Positions 47,655 through 60,074 are shown, counted from the stretch's first letter. The stretch: 64,000 nucleotides of DNA from Negaprion brevirostris (GCA_030324005.1 JARDVH010000099.1:48389090-48453089); one strand, 5' to 3'. Notes: generated by a model not told the origin, from the letters alone. Numbers and translations: made by a program.

Positions 47655-47824
47655 TTTTTTTGAGTTGTAATCCATTATAACTGTATATAGGTTCTTTTGT
47701 CAAATTTATGTACAATTGATTCCACCCAGGTTTTGTTTTTGAATTTCATTCTTCAGTCATTCCACGTTCAATCTTCCATATTTCTAGTAATCCAAAGTGG
47801 GAGAATGAACCTCAAACTTTTTCT

Positions 47825-48175
47825 AAAAACTTTTTTTATGGGATGTGGGCAGTGGGCATTGCTGACTGGACCAGAATTTATTGCCCATCTTGAACTGTCA
47901 TCCATTTCAGAGGACACTTGAGAGTCAATTATGTTGCAGTGGGTCTGGAGTCACAAGTAGGTCTGACTGAGTAAGGACAGTAAACTTCCCTAACTCACAT
48001 TAGTGAGCTGCATGTTATGACAATCAACAATGGTTTTGTGCTCATTAGACTTTTAATTCCAATTTTTATTGGATTCAGATTTCATCATTGCCTTGGTGGA
48101 ATTCAAACCTGGATCCCCAGAGCATAACCTCGGATCTCTGGAATGCTAATCCAGTGATATTTCCACTGTGCCACA
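47825..48175 (-). mobile_element. Second tRNA-SINE family copy
   Basis: CCAGAATTTATTGCCCATC..GCAGTGGGTCTGGAGTCAC..GTAAGGA..TGGAATTCAAACCTGGATCCCC, reverse of 43970-44362. Confidence 0.7.
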
Positions 48176-48956
48176 ACCTGTTCTTGCATATTTCCCAGAA
48201 GAACAATACATAATAACTATGTTTCAAAGGTCGACTGCCAGCTCTCGTGCTAATGAACAACGAAGCTGACTACAGATATGTTAGTTTAGTGAGAGGGTCA
48301 AAATGGTTGCTCACATGAAAGAAAAAGACGTTTGATTGAATGTAATCATTTGTTACTGAAGGAATGGGATGTGGAAGTGCACAAGGGAGCATATTTCTAT
48401 GCCAACCTGTTTAACTATTGGCATCACACGTAGTTATAATGTTTCCCTTTTAGGGCCCTCAGCTCCAACCCCCGGTCTGAAAGCACCCAATCGATGGAGG
48501 CCTGCCACTTGCATTACTGGGTCAGATGGCCTGCAGCCTTTCAAGAAGCCTGATGGAAAAGCAATGTGCTTATTATAATATGTAAATAAGCAGCTTAATG
48601 TTGATTGTAGGATGCTTTTGTAAAATTGGTATGCTGCAAGAGCTTGTTTCAACATCTTGTCTTGCCCAGCAAGTTATGACGTTAACCCACAGGGAAGGAG
48701 CCTGCAGGAATGCTGTTCAAAGGAACCATGATCTCCATTCAGGTAAATTGTTGCTTTGTCCTGTTGGATTACAAATGGAGTTTTGGGCCTTTTTTGATGA
48801 ATCTGTCTACCAGAGAATGGACTCCNNNNNNNNNNNNNNNNNNNNNNNNNNNNNNNNNNNNNNNNNNNNNNNNNNNNNNNNNNNNNNNNNNNNCCCTGAG
48901 AGCTGGAGATGACCAGCAGAGTAGCACCAAAGAAAACCCCTTGAGCAGGAGCAGCA

Positions 48957-49258
48957 TAGAGAAGGGGGGGAGGAGGAAGGAGATGTGCATTTTGTTAGAC
49001 GACAGTTTTCTTATTTCAACCTGATGGGGGTGAGCTGCCTATGAGGCTGTGACGGAGGTTAGTCGCTTGCAGCAGCCCCATTTGAAACCTCAAAGCAGGG
49101 CATAGGCAGCACTCTTTGTGGCTGAGAAGGTAGCTTTGGCCCTTAAATGCTACATGACCGAGTCCTTTCAGACTGAAACAAGGGAGATCTGCAATATCCC
49201 TTGCTTTGTTGTCCACTGGGGCAGTCTATTCCAAGAGAGTGAACCTTGTCTCTTTCCC
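48957..49258 (-). repeat. Right arm of ~300-bp inverted repeat (partner 39971-40266)
   Basis: Reverse complement of 39971-40266 with scattered substitutions. Confidence 0.95.
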
Positions 49259-49418
49259 GAAGGATGAAGTGAAACAGGATGTGAGCAGCAGGCTTTATAC
49301 AGATTGCAGTGTTCTCAAGTGGGTGCAGGTGTTTCCCATGTGGAGGCATCCATGTGAATAGGAAGTAAAATCACTGTTTTGGTGTCCAGGAAATTTGCCA
49401 CAGCAAATAGCAGATACA

Positions 49419-49670
49419 GGGCGGCACAGTGATTAGCGCTGCTGCTTTACAGTGTCAGGCACCCAGGTTCAATTCAGGCCTTGGGTGTCTGTGTGGAGTT
49501 TGCACGTGACTGCGTGGGTTTCCTCTAGGTTGATTGGCCATGCTAAGTTGGCCCAGGGGATTAGGAGGGTAAACACATAGGGTTGTGGGGATAGGGCCTG
49601 TTGGGGGATGGTAGTTGGTGCAGGTCTGATGGGCTGAATGGCTTCCTTCTGCACTCTAGGGATTCTGTGA
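49419..49670 (+). mobile_element. HE1 SINE with internal deletions
   Basis: GGGCGGCACAGTGATTAGCGCTGCTGC head; GATGGGCTGAATGGCTTCCTTCTGCACTCTAGGGATTCT tail. Confidence 0.88.
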
Positions 49671-51366
49671 TGATGCATGCTTGTGCCCAACTTCTTGGCA
49701 GCAGCCATCATGCCTCCATCTTGCATCAGTCTTCTATTCCAGCTGGCTACTTGACAACATAAGGCCCATGACTAATGTCAGGCTGATCTGGCTTAGACTG
49801 AAAACCATGACACTACAAGGTATGCTGCATGCTATATAATCTTTCTCTCCGGAGAGGCCAGCCCATTTCACCACAGAGGTAAGAAGAAGTGGAACAGGAG
49901 GACCAGCCTTATCCTTCAGTTGTCTGAAATCAGACAACTAAGAACATTTCAATGTAATCATTGCCAATGCACCTACAGTCCCACACTCCTAACAGCCACT
50001 ATTTGAATGCCTATGTACAGTCCAATTTCAGGGCTCTTTGGATAACTAAGAATACAAAAACCAAACTCCAATTTCCCCCAACATTGTTTTATGCTAATAT
50101 AATTCACCATTCTTCATTTGAGAATTAATAATATTGAACATAAACTAAGAATCGCCTTTGTACAAAACTCTAGTACTTATCTTGTGGGTTTGTTTAGCTA
50201 TTCTATTGCTCATTTGACATAAATCCTCAGTAGCTACAGCCTGGGAATGATAGGTTACTGAACTTTTAGTGAATACATGTGTGTGACCTTGAGCTGTTCT
50301 GTCCTTCGTCAGACTGCAGAATCTTGGCATGAAATTGACCATTCTGACTCTTCCTAGCAACCTCCTTGTCAAGGGTCTCCAATGCTGCATCCAGGAATCT
50401 GATAGCCTTTGCTTCTGAAGTTCACAAACATTCCCCATTCTCAAATAGCGAGGCAATCTATGAGCAGCATTGGTAATACTGGTTACGTCTCTTGATTTTC
50501 TTCCCACTCCTAAAGCCACATGAAGCACATGCTTTCATATGTTTTTATAGCTCATTGTTTCCCCTGGAAAAGTTATTAACCAGAAACCTGAGGTTGAGGG
50601 ACCACATCAGGCATAGCCTACCAGGATTATCACATCACTCGACATTGGCATATCAGAAGGATTTGCAGATTGATTATTTGGCCATATCACGAATATACCT
50701 TCCAGAGTCATCAAGTCCTGAAGTGGGACTTGAGCCCAAAGCTTCTGGTTCAGAGATAGGGACACTACTCACTGTTCCATAAGATCTCAGTGCTGGTTAT
50801 ATCACCTGTTTCTATGGGAGCATCAATATTTGGTAGCCTTTGTGACTATGTGTATGACCATACTGCCCATAATTCTCCCTTTTATTTGGATGTGATCGAA
50901 TTTATAGGCTCTCCTTCCACTTCCCCACAGGTATTGGCTACCACTCAAGAAGTTAAAAAAGACATGCACGGATTTGTAGGTACAATTTTCCTTTACAAAC
51001 TTGTTGCTCAGTCATTTTTACAAATATTTCTGATTCTGCAGTTAGCTTACTGCTCTTTTAAACTTTGACAGAAGATCATTATTACAGCAGAGCTGCAATT
51101 AGTTGTTTACCTTATCACTCAAGTCAGCAAAATTGCACACCTATAAAATACTTGTAGCCATCATTTTGAGCACTTACACATAATGATGAAAAAAAGGTAT
51201 ATAAAGTGGGAAATAAACCATTTTAAGATTAATAGATATTGTATTAAAAATATTGTGAAAGTCAAAAGCAATTGATATTTTACCAGCTACCAGCATTGCA
51301 TTGCTGATAAAAACTATTTGAAAAAAAGATTAAGTTCACATGTAAATCTTGTTTCTTTTCTTAATG

Positions 51367-51512
51367 CCCCCTCCCCCCCCATCCTCCTCCCCATCCTCCT
51401 CCTCCCCATCTTCCTCCTCCCCATCTTCCTCCTCCCCATCTTCCTCCTCCCCATCCTTCTTCCCCCATCCTCCCCCTCCCCATCCTCCTTCCTCTCCCCA
51501 TCCTCCTTCCTC
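51367..51512. repeat. Polypyrimidine minisatellite, ~15-mer (CCCCATCYTCCTCCT)n, running into a gap
   Basis: Directly visible tandem repeats. Confidence 0.95.
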
Positions 51513-51858
51513 NNNNNNNNNNNNNNNNNNNNNNNNNNNNNNNNNNNNNNNNNNNNNNNNNNNNNNNNNNNNNNNNNNNNNNNNNNNNNNNNNNNNNNNN
51601 NNNNNNNNNNNNNNNNNNNNNNNNNNNNNNNNNNNNNNNNNNNNNNNNNNNNNNNNNNNNNNNNNNNNNNNNNNNNNNNNNNNNNNNNNNNNNNNNNNNN
51701 NNNNNNNNNNNNNNNNNNNNNNNNNNNNNNNNNNNNNNNNNNNNNNNNNNNNNNNNNNNNNNNNNNNNNNNNNNNNNNNNNNNNNNNNNNNNNNNNNNNN
51801 NNNNNNNNNNNNNNNNNNNNNNNNNNNNNNNNNNNNNNNNNNNNNNNNNNNNNNNNNN

Positions 51859-51957
51859 AGACACGACAGATCAGCCATGATCTTATTGAATGGCGGGGCA
51901 GGCTCGAGGGGCTAGATGGCCTACTCCTGTTCCTACTTCTTATGTTCTTATGTTCTT
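51859..51957 (+). mobile_element. CR1 LINE 3' terminus
   Basis: CAGCCATGATCTTATTGAATGGCGGGGCAGGCTCGAGGGGCTAGATGGCCTACTCC..(TTCTTATG)n. Confidence 0.85.
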
Positions 51958-52235
51958 AATTGATAGCCTGCTGTCCATACAAAACAAATTCTATGAAATT
52001 TATGTGATCCAATTTATGTTCTTTTCTTTCTTAAAGAGCCATTTATGTAAGTGATCTCACTGGGGTATATTCAGAAAATGTTGTGTCCCACTTGAGTATC
52101 ATCAAGCAGTATATCTGAGAATTGAATAGAATAACCTCTCAGGAACGTAAGTCAAGAAGGAAAAAACATAATTCATATCATTTATTTTGCTGTTTGAGTA
52201 CATGTGTAGGACCTTCTCAGATATTCTCTTTCTCC

Positions 52236-52546
52236 GGGCAGCACGGTGGTACACTTTGTTAGCATTGCTGCCTCACAGCGCCAGGGACTCGGGTTCAATT
52301 TGGCCTCAGGTCACTGTCTGTGTAGAATTTATACATTCGCCCCATGTCTGGTGTGTTTCCTCCAAGTGCTCTGGCTTCCTCCCACAGTCCAAAGATGTGC
52401 GGGTTAGGTTTATTGGTCATGCTAAATTGACCTGAGAATCGGAGGGATTAGCGGAGTTATGGGAATAGACCATGTGTGGGATTGTGGTTGGTGCAGACTC
52501 GATGGGCTGAATGACCTCCTTCTGCACTATAAGGATCCTATGATTC
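52236..52546 (+). mobile_element. HE1 SINE, full length
   Basis: GGGCAGCACGGTGG head, CCCACAGTCCAAAGATGTGCGGGTTAGG body, CR1-type tail. Confidence 0.9.
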
Positions 52547-52710
52547 TCCCACTTATCTTAAATGCCTGAATGGCATTCCTACGTTGTATCTCTGGGTGAA
52601 ATGTAATGCTTCATCGACCTCCACCCTGGAGGCTAATTCGGAGGCAGTGAAAGATGCTGCTGTTTGATCGGACAGGAAGGGTGGGAATCCTGCCACCTTT
52701 CCTCTGATCA

Positions 52711-52803
52711 GCTGGAATTTTACCAGCTCGCAGAACGGAATTCTCCGTTGGCTTTGGGCGGGATTTTACGTGCCTCGTCCAAGTGAGATAATAAAATTCC
52801 AGC
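52711..52803. mobile_element. 93-bp MITE
   Basis: Perfect 12-bp terminal inverted repeat GCTGGAATTTTA / TAAAATTCCAGC; inner hairpin AACGGA-ATTC-TCCGTT. Confidence 0.6.
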
Positions 52804-53780
52804 CATTAAGTCCGAGGTAGGAAGGCTTGGCGATGGCCTTCCTACCCAGACTACAACTGAGGTCCTCAAATGGGAAGGATCTCTGCTCTACTGGAGGAAG
52901 TCCTGGAATTAAATAGCTCCTGCGGAGATGGGAAACTCGGCATCAGGATTCTGGCTGCAAATTAGGGACTTAATTTTCTCAGGCTCCCAGAGATCAGGTC
53001 AATCTTGGTGATAGACATCAGGCTACCCTCCCTCACCCCCCCAGCCCCCCTAAACACTGTGATAAATTTCCACACTGTGTTTTTATGTCTTTATCTCCTC
53101 TTATTTACAGCTAGAATTGAACCAGAGACTTTTCATCACACTGGGATGAGATATTTATCAATTTTTGATTCTGGCTACCATATTGCCAACAATGTTTCTG
53201 AAAGAAGACGTCAACGATCATTCATTTATATTTTAACCATTTGTTTCCAGATTTTTAATTAAACTTTTGTTTCGATAGATGGTTTTTAAATGCAAAATAT
53301 AGAAGTATTATTAATTTTTTTCCAAAACTTATTGGGGACTGGTGTTTTTTTAAAAGTCTCGAAACAGAGACACTGCAATCAATGAATATATGTGACATGG
53401 CAATGTCTTTCCCCTTGTCCTCTCTGGTTCAGGGTGCAGCAGGGACAGTGGACAGTGGTAGTTTTTCAATAACCTTCATTTACTTTTCTCTTGTGGTTCT
53501 CCTGGCAGCAGAAGGATCTTGGCAAGAGCATAGATTCATAGAACTGATTCAGTATTTCTAGTATTTTCTGTTTTGATTTAATTTTCACTCGGCTAGGTGA
53601 TATTTCTTTCTTTGGAATAACACATTTAAAAGCATAATAGAATCCTGTCAATTCCTTGCTGCAAATGATTACTTCTGTTTTCTTTGTGCCATGAGTAATT
53701 TATCTATTATCATCNNNNNNNNNNAGACACTGCTGGAGGCAAGGCTGCCAGTAAACTTTTATTAAACACCCTTGTAACTA

Positions 53781-53925
53781 TGTACAGTGTAGAAGGGGCC
53801 ATTTGGCCCAGCGAATCTGCAGAAACTCTTTGATAGAGTATCCTGACAAGGCTCTCTCTCTTGTCCTATCCCCATGACCCCACACATCTACTATGGCTAA
53901 TCCACTGAACCTACACATCCTTGGA
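53781..53925 (-). mobile_element. HE1 SINE 3' fragment
   Basis: TACAGTGTAGAAGGGGCCATTTGGCCC..ATGGCTAATCCACTGAACCTACACATCCTTGGA. Confidence 0.75.
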
Positions 53926-54272
53926 TGCACAGCAGGAAAATACCAAGGCTCATTGGACAGCACCTTCCAAACCCAGGACCACCACCACTATCTAGAAGGA
54001 TAAGGGCAGCAGTTGCATGGCATCAGCATTACCTGCAAGTTCCCCTTCAAGCCACTCACCATCCTGATTTGGAAATACATTGCCGTTCCTTCACAGTCGT
54101 TGGGTTAATATCCTGGAACTCTCTCCCTGACGGCATTGTGCTTGTACCTGCATCACAAGGACTGCAGCAATTCAAGAAAGCAGCTCACTACCACATTCTC
54201 AAGGATCAATTAGGGATGGGCAATCAATCCTGGCTTAGCCACTGATGCCTACATTGCATGAATAAATAAATA
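53925..54272 (+). mobile_element. LINE 3' end (CR1/L2 group, distinct from HER1)
   Basis: MHSRKIPRLIGQHLPNP..SFTVVGLISWNSLPDGIV..GLQQFKKAAHYHILKDQ; tail CAATTAGGGATGGGCAAT..(AATA)n. Confidence 0.75.
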
Positions 54273-54446
54273 AGTCATATGTCTGCCAGGCTCATCTTTT
54301 ATTTTCTTCACTAGTTCCATTACCACACCTTTAGGTTCCATGAAAACAACCCTTTTCTCATTTGATGTCACCCACCTTCTGTCCTATTGTAAACATTTTA
54401 TTTGTTCTCTTTTATCCTCACCCATTTCACCAGCTTGAAACTTCCC

Positions 54447-54550
54447 AGTTCTGATGAAGGGTTGCTGACCTGAAGTGTTCACTCTGTTTATCGTTCCACA
54501 GATACTGCCTGACCTATTCAGAATTTCCAGTATTTTCTGGTTTTATTTCA
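54447..54550 (+). mobile_element. Penelope-derived short repeat with decayed hammerhead motif
   Basis: AGTT-CTGATGA-AGGGTTGCTGACCT-GAAGTGTT-CACT then CCACAGATACTGCCTGACCT..TTTCCAGTATTTTCTG. Confidence 0.6.
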
Positions 54551-55646
54551 TATTCACTGTTTTAGGTAATATTTCTTCCCAAGAAATGACACATGTAAAA
54601 GCATAAAAGAAACCTGTTAATTCCTCACTAAAAATGATTACTTCTGCTTTCTTTATCGTCATTGTGGGTCTGAGATGAGGCTGTCCATGAGTTGGATTTA
54701 TAGAAACTGCTGGAGGCAAGGCTGTTGGTAAACATTTATTGAACATCCTATTAACTATGTACAATCAGGCTTAGCATAAAGCTTCACATTTCTGAGTGTA
54801 CTCTGTTGTCATATGATCTCATATCACTGATGAGATAGACTACTTATTACACATTTACCATAAACTCTTTACCCTAGATCTCCCCAAGCCTCTCCCTATC
54901 CCGCCCCCCCACCCCCCAAACCCACAAAGCCTCTTCCTTCATCTCTGGTTCACAGAGATAAGCATTGCTGTTATTTCATCCCAGATCTGGCCCTTAGCTC
55001 TCTCGGAAGTTGTATAGGACTCGAGTTTTCAAGTTGTCTCTTGAATCCTGTTGAGTGCTGTGTGAATCAGCAGAGACTATTGGTTTTCTGTTCAAGCTGT
55101 CTTGCTGATCATGTGGGCAGTTAGTCCATTCCATTGATGGTCTTCTTCTTGGAGATATGAGTGAGCATCTGTTTCTTCTCAGAAGATCGTGGTCTGGTGT
55201 TTTTTCCCGTACTTGGCCTTCACAATTCTGATGATGGATCAAAACTGATTCACCTGCTTTGAGTTCTGGTAAATCACACATTCTATTATACTGATTCTTT
55301 GATTTGCACGCTATTCATCCTCCTACTCTCTTTCTCTATGTCTGCTGATTTGAGACATAAGTGTGTGGAAGAACAGGAAGTTAAGTCCATAATTATCTTC
55401 CTGTCAGAAGTTCTGATAGAGCCAAACAATGCTGAAGTGGTGTAGAGCAGGTGCTAACCAATGCCAAGTTGATATTGTCATTTCTGTTTAACAAATCTTT
55501 TACAGTTGCTCCCCCTTTCTTGACCTCTCAATTGATGCAATATCCCCTCATTTTAATATATACTTCTGTTTTTTGTGCTTTTTGAATCTCATTTGGCCTC
55601 TAGTGTTGTTGCTGTTTGTAATGTTTTGGTTAATAAGGTACATGAC

Positions 55647-56089
55647 TCATAGAATCATTACAGTGCAGAAGGAGGCCATTCAGACCANNNNNNNNNNNNN
55701 NNNNNNNNNNNNNNNNNNNNNNNNNNNNNNNNNNNNNNNNNNNNNNNNNNNNNNNNNNNNNNNNNNNNNNNNNNNNNNNNNNNNNNNCAGTGCAGAAGGA
55801 GGCCATTCAGCCCATTGAGTCTGCACCAAGCACAATCCCACCCAGGCCCTAACCCCATAACCCTATGTATTTATCTTAGCTAGTCCCACTGACACTAAGG
55901 GGCAATTTAGCATTGCCAAACCATCTAACACACACATCTTTGGACTTTGGGAGGGAACTGGAGTACCTGGAGGAAACCCACGCAGACACAGGGAGAATGT
56001 GCAGACTCCGCACAGACAGTGACCCAAGCAGGGAATCGAATCCAGGTCCCTGCTGCTATGAGACAGCAGTGCTAACCACAGTGCTACCC
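55647..56089 (-). mobile_element. HE1 SINE, full length (55788-56089), plus a second tail at 55647-55687
   Basis: CAGTGCAGAAGGAGGCCATTCAG on both sides of the gap; head GCAGTGCTAACCACAGTGCTACCC. Confidence 0.88.
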
Positions 56090-57736
56090 TGGAGTAAGGA
56101 CTCGGCATCTTCAACAAAATGTATGTCCCCCTGTTCAGGCTTTCCAACAGGAATGTGTGACAATGCATCATCTGTTGTTCATCCATCCACTTCTTGCTCG
56201 ACACAACTTATTCTTCCCGGTGATGCTCCTGTGGTTTCGTCACCTGCTGCTCACAGTAAAATTCTGGCTGGCTTTCTCGACGTTGTTTGTACGCTTCTAT
56301 TAGCTTTTGGTGCTCTTGCTTCAGGGTGCCCATTTCTGTCTTTTCAATACCTCTAAATGATTCTGGAAATTCTGGCTTGAATTCTGTCAGATTTTCTTGG
56401 CTGCTCAATTCACCTACTTTAAGAATGAGTTGCAGATCTGTGCAAGCTTTTTAACTTCACAGCGAACGCTCTTGATTTTGGATCACCAGTTTCTTTGATT
56501 TCTCTTCCTTTGTGCGATGCTTAGCGATCAATTGCCCCTTGACTTTCAGTTGAATGCTTCAATGGAGTCATATGGTCGATGGCTGGAGATGGTCTTGCTT
56601 TAGCCACTATTCTGTATCTGAAAGAATGTAAACTTCTTTCATGTCCATTTTATGTCCTTTGACCACAACATCTGTGCTCCAATAGTTCCTCTTGATTCTG
56701 CAATTTCTCCTGAGAATGATGCTTCATTATCTTTTTGTCTTCAACTTCTTGAATGTTCCTTTAATTTCTGTGCAATGAGCTTCTTGCTATGCNNNNNNNN
56801 NNAATGTCCTCTCCTCTTACACAAATGGTTGTCTGCATTTTTGGCAGGGCATGCTTCATGTCGATACAGCCTTTTCTCGCCACAGCTAGAGTAATGAGTA
56901 ATGGTAGCTATCATGTCCACTTCAATCTCTCCCTGTTTTGGATTAGGGACACTGCTACTTCTGTGTCCTCCAAACTGTACTGTCTCAGCTATTGTTCTCC
57001 ATGAGATCTCCTTTCCATTTCTAATAAATATCTGATTTTGCTTTCTCACTTCTGTGTGCCTTGTTAACTGCACAGCCTTTGAGGCAATCTTCCTTTGACT
57101 GTGGAAAATCTGATAAAGTCTCCCCAAGACTCCTATAACAATGCAACGCCAAATTAACTCATCTTCAGAGTTCCATACTCAAAAATTTCATGGAATAAAT
57201 GAAGGAATCAGTTGCTCTCTCCCGGTCTCTGGGTACTTCTTTTGAACTTTGCCCTTTCTCTATGGTGTTCCTTTTAAGACTGAAATAGGTATCAAAGTCC
57301 TTAATCACACTTTATATGTCACAGTCTCTTAGTTTACATCTGCCTGGTCATTACATCATCTGCACTACTGCCTATGGTGTATAGAGGGGTACTGACCTGT
57401 TCTGTACAAGTCTTCTCTGCTAGTCCTGATGCTGTTTTGCATCTGGCAAACCTGTGACACTAATTCTGCCCCTTCTTGGCTTGATCCGGTCCTTCCAAGT
57501 AGTCAAAGCGCTCTAGTAAAAGTAGGATTTTCTCCATGGCTTTGCTTTTCTCTAGCCCTTCTTCAAATTATGTTTTTGATTTTCCTGTTCTGTTCTTGTC
57601 CTGCAGTCATTTCTCTTGTAGCTTTTTCTGGTCACTGGACTCTTTACTTGGTGCTTTTTCCATTACCTTTTCCATTTTAACACATAACACCATATGTTAT
57701 CCACTATTGCTGGTCTTGTGTGAGGCTATCCGTATT

Positions 57737-57957
57737 TAGAATCATAGAATCATAGAAACCCTACAGTGCAGAAAGAGGCCCTCTGGCCCATCGAGCCTGC
57801 ATCTACCACAATCTCACCCAGGCCCGACTCCCATATCCGTACACTTTTACTGCTAATCCCTCTAATTTATGCATCTCAGGACACTAAAGGGCAATTTTAG
57901 CATGGCCACTCGACCTAACCCGTACATTTTTGGACTGTGGAAGGAAACCGGAGCACC
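57737..57957 (-). mobile_element. HE1 SINE, 5'-truncated, inserted in the Gypsy LTR
   Basis: (TAGAATCA)n tail then body up to GGAAACCGGAGCACC. Confidence 0.9.
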
Positions 57958-60074
57958 TGCAATATCCATAAATCCATGATCTGGATTTATGGATATTGCA
58001 GGAGCCCAGTCTGTTGGTAAACTTTACTTTTTATTAAACATTCTACTAACTATATAAACACAAGGCTTAGCATGAGGCTCCAAATAGGACTATCTCTCAG
58101 TATACTCTGTTGTATTATGATCTTACATCTCTGATGTTGGAGTCTACCTATTTATGTATTTGGCATTAGTGCTTTTTGCTACTCTTGAAAGACTAACAAA
58201 TGTAAATGTAATACATTGAAGATGGGATAAGACATTGCAAAAGGGTATAGCCAAAATAAAAGGCAGCTACTTCAGCAAGACAATAACCTGAATTTTCCAG
58301 CCCCATTGGGACAGGACCTGTCATGGGGTATTCGGTAGCCCAGCCAGAAGTCCATTGACCTTTGGCAGGATGGGGAACTCAGTGGAGCCAGAAAATCCCA
58401 TCCAACAACAGGACAAAATTATCTGGTTGATAGAAAGAATGATAGCCAGAAATGTCAATCCAGATCGCAGATGCATATGGCAGACATATGGAATAGGATC
58501 TTGGATACAGTCAGTTACTACCGGGCTATCAAAGTGCAGAAATGGTGAAGTATTTAAGATTATGATGGGTTGAGAGAACTGGAGAGGCAGAGTTGATTAT
58601 CATCAGCATACACATGGTAAGCCGAGCCTTTTATGTGGATAAAGTCTCAATGGAATAGTATAGAAATGAAGGCACAAGAGGAAAAGGCCTGATCCTTGCA
58701 AAATTCCAGAAGTGGTAGTGCAGGGTAGAAAAGAAGCCATTGTCGGAGTTACTCCAGTTGCAATGAAAGCTATTACTGTTGCTGCCTGAAGAATCACATG
58801 CCTTACTTCTTTTCATGTACTTAAGTGTGGGAAACATTTTCAAACCCCCTGAAGATTCATTCAAAGATTTCAAAAATATCACCCAGGTTCTTTCATTTGC
58901 TTATAAAATGATTTTCTCACAATAGCTGGTTATGTGTCAGTGCAACTTGCAAAGCCAACCGCACTCAGGAAGTTAAGCAAAACAAAAAGAAAAAATGGAG
59001 AGAAGACCTTGAGAGACTAAAGGGTAGTGCATTCTGTGCTAGGGAGTACATTAATCCTGGCAGAAGTGGAAATGATTATTGGATTGAAGGTAGTTAACCT
59101 GTTTAGGCAGAAAGCATCCAGTGCAACTTTGATGAAAGACTAACTATTTCACTGCTAAACATTACAATAACAATGAATGTAAAATGCAAAAAGCAAAACT
59201 CCTTGCGGAATAAATTCTATCCACTTATAAAGATTCTGAGAGGATACTCATACACAGTTCACTCTTGCTAAAAACATCACAGTGGTTTAATGCTAAGGAT
59301 TAAACCTGGAGAAAGGAGATTTAATCAAAGTAGCTTAATACAAATGTGCAGGTCATAGAGAGAAAAAAAGTGACATAAATTGAAGGAATTTCCCAAAGTA
59401 CATTGAATGTAAATGTAAAATAACTCATTCACTACATTCTGGCTGTTCACCATCTCTTTCCTGTGGAGAAGACAAGCTATGGTTGCTGAAAGCTGCATTG
59501 GATTAAAAGGAAAATGGAGAAAGCAGTGATTTTGTTTTACAGGCTTGCAGCAGTCTTTATCAACCTTCTGTTTCAGTTGTCTTCTTGAAGTTTTATTTTT
59601 AACTCATAGACAACCACGTTGCTAATACCACAAAGCCAACTGTGGTTTCAGTACAGTTTTTAAAATGGAAGAAATTGCACACAGCAAGATCTGACCACTC
59701 AGGGCTCTGGGCAGCGTCTTAGACAATGTTCAACCATTTTATCAACCCAGAATAATATAACTGTCTCCAAAGACCCAACAATAACCTGTACTTAGAATCT
59801 TAACACTCTCCTTTTACTTTGTGCTCTTAGTACTGGTGAGAATCTATGTATTACTTTGTGAGTGAAGTCTACAAGCTAAGGGTCATGTCAGAACTGACTT
59901 AAATGGGCCTTTCATGAGTACGATCTTAACTTTGCCCAATTTAGTTTTCATGCAGGTTAGTTGGTCCTATTACAGCTTGTTTCTGTGCCTTGAACAAGAT
60001 GCATGGATCAGCCACCATGGGAGAAGGCAAATCTGTAATAGGATGTACTATAAATCTTAGAAAAACTTCAAAAT

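Larger units (their letters stand above)
54650..58165 (-). mobile_element. Gypsy LTR retrotransposon relic with both LTRs (about 54650-54860 and 57695-58165), RT largely deleted
   Basis: LTR copies share GAGGCT(G/A)TCC..TGGATTTAT..CTGTTGGTAAAC..AGGCTTAGCAT..TACTCTGTTGT..ATGATCT; decayed PBS TGGTGTTATGTG next to the right LTR; zinc knuckle CGEKRLYRHEACPAKNADNHLCKRRGH; integrase tail DLPELKAGESVLIH..LRRNRCSL; purine tract near 54890-54920. Confidence 0.75.

Noticed and set aside
51318-51959. Long low-complexity ORFs on both strands
   Set aside because: Produced by a minisatellite plus N run.
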